Shown one piece after another: positions 12,837 through 25,700 of a stretch of 64,000 nt of DNA. The notes beneath the pieces were generated by a model, which searched no databases, was not told the DNA's origin, and saw only the letters and a list, made by a program, of their open reading frames with translations. The DNA is from Vermamoeba vermiformis (Eukaryota). The DNA lies in NCBI GenBank assembly GCA_045837725.1, contig JBEWZL010000121.1, positions 372,001 through 436,000 on the forward strand, in the 5' to 3' direction. Within the stretch, counting starts at the first letter, position 1, and each line of letters begins with the position of its first letter. The position numbers and the translations under genes were made by a program.

Positions 12837-15800
12837 ATGGACGAAGACGAGTTACACGAGTTACACGAGGCACCGCGACCGCAACATAGCAAGGCGCGTC
12901 CTATTATAATATCAGTGCTGATTGTGTTTGTTGTCTCGATCGTTGTTGGATCGGTCATTTTAGGCGCTCAAATCGCCAGCAAAAAGGATTCAACTGAAGG
13001 ACCGAACTCTCCTTCTCCACAAATTCCTGCACCTACAAACCCACCGCACGGCAATGGAGAACTGCCAAAAGTAAGTTTGCAATAATTTTTTTATTTATTT
13101 TTGAATATCCTTCTTTGATTTTGTATCTTGGAGCAAGTTCATTAGCAGGGTTAAGTTAATTAATACATTTTGGGATAGGAATGCGAATTTCAAAAACCGG
13201 TAGAGAGCGAAGGAGGAGATGCGGACTATGAATATTTGTATAGAAACGCACGCATAATTGATAGAGCTATTGAAGATAAAAATTTACTCGATATTCATGT
13301 TGCTGGAAGAAAGATTAAAAAGGTAAGTGTCGGGCACACCAAATCTGTCACTTTTTAGAAGTCTTACACGTTGGCTCTAGATCGGTCAAAATTTACAAGT
13401 CGGTGGTCGCGTTAAAGAGATTGATCTCAAAGGAAATATCGTCACTGCTGGCCTTATTGACATGCACAGTCACGCGGGTGTCTATGCTTGGCCAGATTCG
13501 TTCGGCAACGACGATGGCAACGAGAATACGAACCCCACTTTGCCCATGGTATTGTTTATTAGGCCATATTTGCCTATTGTTCTCATTTTTACGGTTTTTC
13601 GTGTTTTAGGTTCGTGCGATCGATGCCTTTAACCCGAATGATTTAGCCATCCCAATTATGGTTCGAGGCGGAATTACCACTGCCCAAGTGCTACCCGGCA
13701 GTGCCAATATAATGGTAAGATGCGTTGGCTTAATGCTCTTTATGTGTCTTAGACTGACTTGTTGCAAAGGGTGGTCAAGGACAAATCATGAAACTTATTC
13801 CTGTGAAGAATGTTGAGCAGATGCGCGTCAAGAATGGTAAGCACTATTTAATGTATGCATATTGTCTAACAATAGTAGCCCCTGTTGTGCTCAAAATGGC
13901 TTGTGGAGAAAATCCCAAGAAAGTATACGGTCGATGGCGCGAAGGTGAAATGCCGTACACTCGCATGGGCTCAGCGTGGTTAATGCGCAAGAAATTCGAA
14001 GAGGCACGAGCCATGATGCGATTGCAAAACAAGTTCTGTGCTAATCAGACGAATTTGACCGAGTATGTTTTACTTGTGCACAAAGACTTCTTCTTTCAGT
14101 ATGCCTAACTCTATTTAAGATTCCCTCAATCACTCGAGCTTGATAATTTGGTCCAATTGCTTCGAGGCTATGCTATTCTAAACGTACACTGCTACAAAGT
14201 AAGAAACGGTTGTCAGAAAAGGTAGAAATTAACACGCGTCACGTGCCACAGGTTGAAGACATGGAAATGATGATTCGTCTGTCAAAAGAGTTCGACTTCA
14301 CCATCACCACGTTCCATCACGCATTAGAGGCCTACAAGATACCTGAAATCTTGCAAGAGAATCGCATTAAAGTCGCCATCTTCAGTGACTTGTGGGGCTA
14401 CAAGATGGAGGCTCTCGAAGGATCTGTTTGGGCCCCGAGCATCTTAACCCAGCGGGGCATTGAAGTAGCGCTCAAATCTGATCATCCAGTACGTAGTTTC
14501 GGCTAACTTGAGTCCGTGAAACTAATGTGTGCGGGCAGGTTATCAATGCCAAGGACTTGATCGTTGAAGCTCAAATCGCACACCACTTTGGCATGCAAGA
14601 GATGGACGCACTAGCTGCTGTTACCCGTGTCCCTGCTAAAGCTCTTCGACTTGACAGACGTATCGGCTCTTTGCAAGAAGGCTACGACGCGGACTTTGTG
14701 GTAAGTTTTCAATTTTTCTCTCCGGATAGTTAGCTTAATCAAACTCTTCTTGACAGGTGTGGAACAAACATCCGTTGCAAATGGCAGCCAAGCCATACTT
14801 AGTATCAATTAACGGTTTGAGGGCATTCGAAGACGTGGAAGATCCACTTGCTGCACCGTCTGGTGATCTTCGTGCACCTGAAGTGATATTCCCTCGTGCA
14901 TTCACTGAGCCTACAGGCATGAGTACTGTCTTAACACCCAAGCCCATGAGTACGCACTTATCATATCATATTCATTGACGTGTTTGCTAACCTCATCTTA
15001 GTCTCACTAGACACAGTGAATATCGCTGCAGTACACGCGGTTAATGAGTACGTTAACTTTCTTTAGGATTCCTATTCATCCTAACGTCCCCTTTTAGTTA
15101 CATTATCCTCAATGCTCGTGTGGTCTACACGCTCGATGAGACTTCTAACATGGAAGTGCGCGGCGGTGCGTTTGGCAATGTCAACATTCGTGTCACTGAC
15201 GGTATCATTGTTTGTGTTGGCTCGCACAGGTAAGTCTTCCTTCATATGTATGTGAAGTACTCACTAGTCGCCAGTCAATGCACGCCTGAGCGTGACCTGG
15301 TCTCAATCAACATTGAAGGAGGTGTTGTAGCCCCTGGCCTTATTAACGTAAACAGCCTCGGTGTGCAAGAAATTGATCAGGAATCGACGTCTAATGACGG
15401 AACTATCGGTGGCAGCACCGCTGAACTAGCAAATGTCGTTGCTGCCAATGGAATTATTTACAACTCCAAGCACCATTATGCCGCCGCTGTAAGTCCCATC
15501 ATCCATCGTTATCGCACTATTTAGCGTCCTAACCATGCTATAGGCCGGTGGTGTTTTGACATCAGTCACCAATCCCAAATCAAGCACTGTGGGTAGGTTG
15601 ACTTGACCTCTGACACGTGTCAAAGTCCAGCGCTTAACTTTTATTCCTAGTTGCCGGCCAATCAACAGCGTACTTCACAATTGGTGCTAATTCACTGCGC
15701 AATGAAGCAGATCAAGTCCTGATTAGCTCTCGTGCAGCACTCAACTTGAAGATCGGTCAAAAGTTCAAACAATCTGACATCACCAAGTCAATCTCGGGAC

Positions 15801-16660
15801 AAGTAAGACCCTATCCAATATGTCACCCTTGGTGGCTAGTATTAATCGCAGCTGTTAGATTGGTCACATTCGATCACTGTTCTTGTCCGCACAACAAAAG
15901 ATCAAGGCCGATGACAAGCCAGTCAACAATTCTATGAACATGGAGTACTTCAACGGCGGTGATTTCAGCGATGAAATTGTGCCTGAAGAAGATCCGTTCG
16001 TGCGTGTTCTCAGAGGTGAAATCCCCGTTGTGTTCTGGACGCATCAGGCAGATCAAATTTCATCGGTCCTGCAGCTAGTTAAGACCTTTAAAATTCCCAA
16101 GCCTATTATTGCTGGCGCTTCTGAGATACACCTCGTAAGTCTACCCGACACGTGCTATTTAAAAAATATAACTATAATAATGTGCGCTATTTCTAGGTGG
16201 CAGATCAGGTCAAACAACTGAACGTGTCAGTGATTTTCACACCGATCACGTGTCAACCCGAGAACTTTGAACGCGTGCACTGCGACAACAGAAGAAATGT
16301 TCTATCGATGATGAAGGCCTATGAGACGAAGGTGGCACTGTCTATTGAAGATCCTGATCTCGTCCGTAGATTGCGCTGGGAAGGCGGAATTTTCAAAGCG
16401 GAATATCACTTGGATGACATCACGGCTTTGCGAACTGTCACGAGCAACATTGCTGAGTACGTATAGTAATTTAACTGGCATCATTCGCACTAGAGCTAAC
16501 TATTCTTAGTATGTTTGGTTTGCCGTACGGTGTTGGACGCATTGTGAAGGGAACCAAGGCAAACTTTGTGGCTTATTCAGCAGATCCGCTCTCTTACGAA
16601 GGACACATTGAAGTATTGGCTGTGAATAACAAAGTCTACTTCAAGCCAAAACAATTGTAG
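12837..16660 (+). CDS. Membrane-anchored tandem (two-barrel) amidohydrolase-family protein; many exons
   Basis: N-term TM helix; GLIDMHSHAG, GITTAQVLPGSANIMGG, KMACGENPK, TRMG, VHCY, FHHALEAYK, KSDHPV, GSLQEGYDADFV; second barrel PGLINVNS lacks HxH, ends GRIVKGTKANFV. Confidence 0.88.
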
Positions 16661-16721
16661 AGGATATTTTGATAAACAGATACTGTTAAGGTTGCAAGAG
16701 TTTGAAGCCATTTATTCTTTC

Positions 16722-18458
16722 TCAAAACATAAAAGCTGTTACACTAGCCACACTAAGAATTAATCCGCTGTAGATAATAGCCGGGGCGGAGTTGGTCTTA
16801 GAACCGGGAGCGTTGGTTCCTTGAGGGGAGTTAGAAATTTGAGGTGAATTAGAGGTTTGAGGAGCAGTTTGTGGAGATGTAGGAGTAGTAGATGGATTAT
16901 TACCTTGAGGAGAGTTCGAAATAAAGTTTGGTGCTCCATTAACTAAATGGTAAGACTTTTGTAAGCAATAGATCCATAAAAAAATTCGGGGAATTATTTT
17001 CGACACAAAATATTCGCTTACGAGGGCATGTTTCGAGTTTGATATTGTTTCTAACGCAGTCATATGTCAATGCAATGCGTTGACCACCATCGACAACTTC
17101 GAAGTCTGACGCTTGGATGCCCCACAACGAATGACTATCGAAATTGAGTGCATCCCATTTGTGAGTTGTGAACTGATCGCTCATTGCTGAGAATGGAACG
17201 TTTCCTCCATCGGATAAGAACATTCCTAAAAATAAAGCGGATTAATCAGACTAGGCGAGTTTGTCGTAACGGATGGCGATCCATGAAAATTCAATTTCGA
17301 ATAGAGCGAGTTTGTACACCTTCTAATATCCTAATATTCTCATACCGTATTTTTTGAGGGCTTTAATCACAACCTTAGCTGAATCGCCGAACTTAGAGTC
17401 ATCAAAACTAGCCTTTAATCTGAATCGATTGCCGTAGATTGGCGCAGTACCAGTTGCATTGGGAGCGCCGGCATGACTAGCAGGATGTACATAGGTGTCT
17501 ATAAAGGGAATGTTAAACTTGGGTAGCGGACCGGATGTAGCAGACTTACATTCGCGCATTCTCCAGTTGGGCAAAATGAATCGGAATGCATGATCAATCT
17601 CGCCAGAGGCCACTTCATCAGGGTTAAGGAGCAATTGAGATATAGGGAACCTACGTAAATTGAATTAGACTAGATTTCGATCGAATCACAAATCTTCTTG
17701 AGTACATCCAGAGTAAATTCAATATTCAACGTTTATATTTAGTAAAATCATAATACTTACCCAGCAGCGTCAGCGCTCGTGCATTGTTCTCCACGACCAT
17801 TGGCAGGATAAGTGGTGCACATGTCCCACACGACCAAGCAAGTCGTTTGAACTTTGCCGTTCAACACATTGGTCTGATAAGTCTCAAAGATCAGACCTCT
17901 GTATTGATCAATCACAATCATATGACAGTCATCGCTCTGCCAATCACAAGTGTAATCAGTTGAGCCTTCGATCGCGCCTTGAGTCGGAAGTGGTATGTCA
18001 GTGTAGCCAGTCTCGCAATCGATGTCATTATATTTTGGAAGTCGTTCAATGGCAGCGCGAGGAGTATTTTGATCGGCATAGAGGATGTGGAATGACGGAT
18101 CTACTTGAAATTCACCGTTGCCTCCTAAAGTTGAAAAATAAATGCAATTACATACGTGAATCTTTTATGCTTCGATTTATCTTGAGTAAAACACTTAATT
18201 ACAGTGACATAATTTTGGTAATTTCTGGCTAAATTTTATTTTTGGGTGAAGATAAATCAAATTTCATTAATTATTTAAATAATTACCCCAACCACCATGA
18301 GTCGACAGCCAGTCGATAATTTGCGTCGACTCTGAATCCAGAGCAGCGTTTGTAACGTCTTGAAACCAAACTGCGTCATTTGGAAAGTAGCGTAAAGCGG
18401 ATGCCGTGCACAACAAAGTGCTTAATACAACTAATACGCACACTCTAAGGCTAAACAT
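16722..18458 (-). CDS. Secreted, probably GPI-anchored surface protein, tandem copy 1; bacterial-like uncharacterised domain
   Basis: Signal peptide, FPNDAVWFQDVTNAALD, PLPTQGAIEG, DCHMIVID, TSADAAGFPI, EVASGEIDHAFRF, YGNRFRL, ALKKYGMFLSDGG, S/T/P/Q stalk, hydrophobic C-terminus. Confidence 0.8.
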
Positions 18459-18647
18459 GATATCTAGTCGCGTATTATTGCACGATGGATGTTGTTGCTG
18501 TTACGCCGATAAATTTTTTTTTTGACGAAATGATGCAAAAAATTTTTCTCTTTTTACGCGTAAAGTGCAATAAATAAATGTGAAATGAAAGATTCTGTAC
18601 GTTGACAATTTAAAGAGGGCCGAACTTAGTGAGTTCCCTCCGTTCCG

Positions 18648-18662
18648 TTTCCTTTTATAGAA
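18648..18662 (-). promoter_or_regulatory. TATA-box-like element upstream of tandem copy 1
   Basis: Identical to 2741-2755; the equivalent site for copy 2 at 20655-20669 has one substitution. Confidence 0.45.
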
Positions 18663-18790
18663 GTGTCACGCATGTCAGTCAGATATTTTGATACTTCTCC
18701 AGTCTATCCGTTCATTGGTCTAGACCAAAAAGAGCTGCTCTGACAAATTGCCGATCGAGGTCACGGCTTCAGTACTTTATTCGAATTAAG

Positions 18791-20544
18791 TTAAAACATA
18801 AGAAAAATAGACACAAGAAGCATTAACACGCTGTAGACGATGGATGAAGCAGTACTAGTCTTCGATGAACCGGGAGAAGTGGATCCTTGAGGCGAGTTAG
18901 AAGTTTGTGGCGCGTTAGAGGTTTGAGGAGCAGTTTGTGGAGAAGTAGGAGTAGTCGATGGATTATTACCTTGAGGAGAGTTTGAAATAAAGCTTGGTGC
19001 TCCATTCACTAAATTGTAAGACTTTTGTAAGCAAGCAATAGATCCAGAAAAAAATTCGCGGAATTATTTTCGAAACAAAATAATCGCTTACGAGGACACG
19101 TTTCGAGTTTGATATTGTTTCTAACACAATCATATGTCAATGCAATACGCTGGCCACCATTGACAACTTCAAAGTCTGACGCTTGGATGCCCCACAACGA
19201 ATGACTATCGAAATTGAGTGCATCCCATTTGTGAGTTGTGAACTGATCGCTCATTGCTGAGAATGGAATGTTTCCTCCATCTGATAAGAACATTCCTAAA
19301 AATAAAGCGGATTAATACAAACTGAAGCCGTTGGAGGTCCATCCAAAAGCAGATCTCAAATTTACAACCGCGCAGGAATTCCAAAATATTGTTAGCTTAC
19401 CATATTTCTTGAGTGCTTTGATAACGACCTTAGCTGAATCGCTGAACTTAGAGTCGTCAAAACTAGCCTTCAATCTGAATCGATTGCCGTAGATTGGTGC
19501 TGTGCCTGAAGCGCTAGGAGCACCAGCATGGCTAGCAGGATGTACATATGTCTCTATTCGTACAATATTACTATTAGAAACGAGAAATTGAATCGATGTG
19601 GCTAAACGTACTTGAGCGCATCCGCGCGTTAGGCAAAATGAATCGGAATGCATGATCAATCTCGCCAGAGGCTACTTCATCAGGATTAAGGAGTAATTGA
19701 GATATAGGGAACCTACGGAAATTAGTTCAGAGACGCGGAGTTGAATAAGAATCACAAAAATCTTGTACGAGATCATAACGGAAAGTCGAACAAAAGTTTG
19801 AATATGTAAATCTGGTTAATTAGATCATTATATATAGGACTTACCCAGCAGCGTCGACACTCGTGCATTGTTCTCCACGACCATTGGCAGGATAAGTGGT
19901 GCACATATCCCACACGACCAAACAACTCGTTTGAACTTTGCCGTTCAACACATTGGTCTGATAAGTCTCAAAGATCAGACCTCTGTATTGATCAATCACA
20001 ATCATATGACAGTCGCCGTTAGAGTAGTCGCAAGTGTAATCAGTTGAGCCTTCGATCGCACCTTGAGTCGGAAGTGGTATGTCAGTGTAGCCGGTCTCGC
20101 AATCGACGTCGTTGTACCCTTGCAGGCGTTCAATGGCAGCACGGGGAGTATTTTGATCGGCATAGAGGATGTGGAATGACGGATCTACTTGAAATTGACC
20201 ATTGCCTCCTGGAGTTGAAAATAAACGTAAGTAATCCAATTCAGTAAAATGTATCTATTTAGCAATAATAAGGATGCTACTCCTTCAACGATGATTTGTT
20301 TACGTGAGTCTTCAAACTCCAGTAAGTATCAGAGCCAATAAGAAAAATCAAATGAGAACTCACCCCAGCCACCGTTATTGACCAGCCAATCGATGATTTG
20401 TTGCGATTCAGAGTCGAGCGCTGCATTTGTAACGTCTTGAAACCAAACTGCGTCGTTCGGAAAGTAGCGGCTTGCAGATGCCACGCACACCGTGCAAAGG
20501 AGCACTAATACGGCACAAAGTCTTGCGTTCAACATACCTTTCAT
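18791..20544 (-). CDS. Secreted, probably GPI-anchored surface protein, tandem copy 2
   Basis: Near-identical exons and the same intron positions as 16722-18458. Confidence 0.8.
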
Positions 20545-20804
20545 GTGTTTAGTATTGTTTTGTAATTATAATAAACCGTTCATAAGCAAAACAATTTAAG
20601 GAGGACAGGACTATGAAATTACAGCAGGACTTCGAGTCGAAACTAACCTCCGTATTTCCTTTTATGGAAAATGTCAATCGTAGAGTAAGAAAAAACAAAT
20701 AAACGTACGTTTACCTTACCTACAAAGCAGAAAGATTCAAGATCCGCAGAAGAGAGGGGATCGGATGGGGTTGACAGGTCAGTAATTTTTGTTTATTACT
20801 GGCC

Positions 20805-22406
20805 TCAGTAGTATTTATTCCGATAATTTACACTTTCGAGGATTGGTTCGCGATTTACAATTTTTACATTTAAGAGTTTGAGATCGAGCAGATCTTGAAA
20901 ATAGGCAATGAGCTGCTTGCTCCAGCCCGAGAGATCTATTCGACGGAGTTGCGTATGCTTCGTGAGCTGTTGGAGTATCGAGGGATCACTTTGTATACCA
21001 AAATAGGACAAGTCTAAATTTGTCAGTGCTGGCAGTGCTTCGATAAAGTCAAATGAACTCGTGACTGAACGTGAGACCGACAAATCAGTGAGTGCAGTCA
21101 AGGCTGTGAGGGTCTTGAGTCCGCCCGTCAATTTGACAGGTGTCGAAATGTCAAGGGACCGCAGCTTGGTCAATTTGGCTATGTGCGGCAAGGCATCGTA
21201 AATGCGTGACATAATGCCAGTGTAGCGCAAATAGGTCAAATTTGTCAGTTGTGAAATCCAATGCACCGTACTCGTGTCCACGTGACAGTTGACGAGCTCC
21301 AAATGGCTCAGCTGCGTTAACGAGCGTATGTGATGCAATACGCGGCCATATTTAGGCGTGAATCTAAGTGTCAGCTTCTTCAAATTGGTCATCTGTGTCA
21401 CGTGACTCAACTTGCTGGCCACAAAGGAACAGTCGGCTAAATATAGACTCGTCAAATTGCTGAACGATGGCAACGTGTCCAAATAACAGTCGCCGACAAA
21501 GAGTGACTCTTCTAATGCCAGCTCGCGTAGCGAACTAGTGATAGGCAGGCACTTCAAGCCCCTGTCTGTAATGTACTTGCGCGGCTCAAAGCTGAGCGAG
21601 ACCAGATTCGTCAAATGATTGGACAGCTGTAACAGCAAGGCGTCGTCTGAGTTGAGTGGCAGTGAAAGGCGCCGTAGAGTAGATAAGGGGTATATATAAC
21701 GCAAAATTGATCCTTCGTTGACGCAGTTGTGCAAATAGAGCTCTTGCAGATGTGTAAATCTAGACAAAAACTCGAAGTAGGACACATCCATGATAGCAAA
21801 GCTCCTGCAGCCTGTTAAGTTGAGGACCTTCAAGTTGGTGAATGGTTGTAGGTATTTGATGCACCTATGAGTGATCTGCTCGCAATGGCTGAGGTCGATC
21901 GTGTGCACTTTGTGATGAGGAACGATTTCAGATATAAACTTGATTGTATCATCTGTTATAAATTTGGAGTCGCGCCATAGTCGAAACTTGAAGCATTCTA
22001 CGCGCTGAAGGAGGGTCCGGCTAACTGATTTGGAAACTAGGTAAAATCTGGAGAGCGAATTAATTAATTTCAATTTTGAAAACATAATTAGGGAAAAAAT
22101 AGCTCCTGTAAAAATAGACACTACAAATTGACGATAATTCGCACTCGGAAAGTGTTTGTTGTTGAGGATATCGAGAAATATTGCATATTAGTTAGATGGG
22201 ACTTACTGAATGATGCCTCGATAATTTAACCCACAGTACTTCAATATTTCGTTGATAATCTCTGCGGGGAACTGTTCTAATAATTCAAAACTGAAATTGG
22301 GCTCTTCGATCTGATCTGAATAGGCCAAACTCGAGCTGCTGCCAGAGGAATTAGAACTTGAATCGAGTTCCCTCTTCTGGGTCTTCTTTGGTGGTCTATT
22401 GCCCAT
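20805..22406 (-). CDS. F-box/leucine-rich-repeat protein
   Basis: MGN.. start, F-box LEQFPAEIINEILKYC...YLVSKS across one intron, then many LxxLxLxx repeats. Confidence 0.85.
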
Positions 22407-22710
22407 CCTCTTGTAAAAATATCATATCTGCTATGTTCGAATTCTTTGTTGAAAATAAAAATAATTAAAATCGCGACTGCCTGATCTGGTTAAAACCAAG
22501 AAGACACGTGGAACAGACCTTTGGGAACTCGGAATCTGCGGTAAAGGAGATACTATTGCCAAGGACCTTATTGCTTGATTTATCATCAATTTGGCACATC
22601 TGCCGGCAAACGAGCCGTTCCGCTTTCTCAGTATGACAGGAAAAATCAGCGGAGGACCAAGCAGTACATTTTTCATGAACCAAATATCATTGAGCAATCT
22701 AAATTTACTC

Positions 22711-25700
22711 CTATTTCTTCGTTGCCAGCCAATCTACATAAATAGTTCCGTTAATGGATTCGTCATCCAGATTCGTTTTAGCTCGCTTAGTAGCTCGTCT
22801 ATCATCAAGATGCACATCTTCTTCGCCACTTCGATCACTATCTTCTTCTTCACTATCGTCAGCTTCAGCAGACACGTGAAACTCATCAATGCGGGCTTCG
22901 TCTCCCGACAACGATGCCTCATCACTATTGTCGTAATAATAATTGATCGGACGAGGCTTATTATTATTTTCTTCTATACTCTGTGACTCTTCTTCGTTCA
23001 TATTGTCAGGCTCGCTGCTCTGTTCTGAACCCGCAGATCCCCATTCGTTCACTGAAACATTGATCAATTTCAATGCATTTGCTTCACGTTCGTTCTTATT
23101 TAGCCTATTAGTCTTCGCTATTTTCTTGCCCGCTAATCGTTGTTGAATTTGTTTCTCGAGTTCTTTGTTATTGATCGTCGTTTCAATGTGGTGTGATCCG
23201 ATCATTTCTGCAACATCTTCGCTGAATTTTTCCACGTGATAAATCATCCGAGGCAAAGTATCATTTACAGCACTCTAATATGAGCGATTAGTTTAAAATG
23301 ACGCTGAGCCAACGTATAAAAGTTTCACGTACTCGTTTGCGTTTCTTGGTTGCGTCTTGTTTCACTTTTTTCACGCTCAATTTGAGTACTGAAGTGATTT
23401 CTAAGCTAGCGTCAAATAGTGGCACCAAATTATCGACAGAATAAATGTCATTATCGTTCTGATCATCGTTAAGGTCCTCGACTTCCTCAGTTCTCCACGT
23501 GACGCAGTACTCGAGCCGTTGTTTGAGAATAGGAATAAGTTTGATACTTAACTTAAAAAGGAAATCCCATGGCAATCTACGTGTGAAACAATTAAGTAAC
23601 TGGATTCCAATGTGGATGAAGGAACTCCATCGATCGAGACTTACATAGGCGTAGATTTCTTCGCGCAGAGCTTGTCGATTAATATGTACGTTGATTGCAC
23701 GAATAATTGCAGAAATTCTTTCAGTGGTTCGAACGGGTTGCTACGGTGATTTTTGCGCAGATCCTTTTTTGACACTTTGAAGCGAGAGACGCACTCTACT
23801 AACTGATTTGATAATAGTACCATAAACTAATATACACGTTAATACTAAGAATAATGTAAACTTGATGATCTTACGGAGTGGATGGTCGACGTGGAAATGG
23901 CGGGAAAAGTTTTGTGTTCATGCAGATCAGTCTCTTCACGCTCCTCTAAGAAGTCTTCAATGACATTTAACAGCTTACTAATTAGGGAAATCATCTAAAA
24001 CAAGGGATTAGCCTTCAATTACCCGAGAGTTACGGGATCGTACCGTGTCCGAATCTCTGCTTAGCATGTCAAATAAGTTCTCAAGGGTCACTTTAATCCA
24101 TAATTCATCGCTGGGCCTGTTTTATAAATAAAAATTAACTCTTTACTCAGGCGTATTAATTATAAATAAAATTCGGTGACTTACCGAGATACTGCCAAAT
24201 AAGGCAAGTACGAAACTAGAACTTTTTCATTCGCGATAAATATTTGTCTCAGCGATGAATATGCCAGATTAATAACATCTTTGGTCTTCTTAGTCCCTTT
24301 CGTTACTTGGAACTGCCAGATCTGTTAGAGCGAATTGAAAACACGTAGAATTCGTACCATTAACTTGACTAGGATAAAGCTCAGAAACTTGCTTGGCAGT
24401 TTGTCGAACTGCTCGGCGAATGCATTATACAAAAACATGCGCTTTTCTCTTGCCATGTCTCCGCTAGTAATTGTCTAAAAATAGAACTTTTAATTACCCG
24501 AGTTTATACCGTCCAAATATTACCTTGAGTTCTTTCTCATCGATAGATCGGTTAATTATCTCTTCTACAGTGCCTTGGAATTGTTGGGCATATTCAAATA
24601 AGCGCCATAAGATCAAATAGATCAAGCTGTCAGGGAGGTCATTATTACGAGTCCGAAACTTTTAACAATAAATAACAGATACTTACAATAGGCCCTTCAG
24701 TGCTTCCGACCAACAGTTTTCTGCGTCTTTATATTTATCATTGCCCTACAGAAAAAGTTAATCGAAATTGAAAATCGGATGTGGATCGGAATTTCGCTCA
24801 CCTTCGATTTTAACGTTGAAATGTCTTTTCTTCCTTTCTCTAATTGCTCCAATAGCAACTTGGTTTGCTTGAAGAACCAAGGGAAGAAACTAAATTTGTG
24901 CAAAGACTGCAGGAGCGTGTGGCCGTTTAATCCATCCGCGCCATTTAAGTTCAATTGCGTCAAACTGCTCGTAGTTGCTTCTAATTCGAAATTAACGCGC
25001 GAGGAGCTGAAAAACGGTTGAAAGGATTGATTCGATCCGCTTGTAACTTTCTTGAGGAGATTTCTCTTAGCTGCAGCACTTCGACTATATTGTATTCCCT
25101 TTCCATCAGTAGCTCTACATGAATATTGGTTATTACAATGCAATTCTGCTGGATTACCGGCAGGATGAAAAAAAATTGCCTAAAAAGGAAATTCTCCATG
25201 TTATTTCCCGAACGGATTAGAATTACTTACATTAGCAATATGCTGTCGGTGATTTGTTGGTAGATCTTGCCAAGAAAGTCGTTTTTGATTTGCATCAATT
25301 GCAAAGAATTCAGATCCCACGCACCGCTCGACCAATCCAATTTTTGAGGCATTAGTCGCAATATGGTCATTAATCTATCCCATTCTATTTGCGGGGCTAT
25401 TTTTAGCAGCAATCCTAATAGCTGAACCATACTCGACTTTTCTTGCTTCGCGTTGTTCAGTCGCTCGAGAATTGAGTTCCACACGGACTTGAAAACAGTC
25501 ACGTGGTTCAATTTGTTCATGAACTGCTTGTTCAGTTCAAATGCCTCGATTCTATTCATCAAATATCGATTTGAAATTATCGTGCTCCAACTTTGTCCTA
25601 AGTAACAGCAGATCGCCGCCTCAATTAGCCCTATAAATGCAACGTCAGATCCACGATCAAAAATAAATTAGTGTAGCTTACTAGGCTCAGTATATGTCTC

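Noticed and set aside
22465-22683. VHEKCTAWS...C..C ORF resembling an extended PHD finger
   Set aside because: In-frame stop just upstream, no usable splice acceptor, and an incomplete Cys/His pattern.
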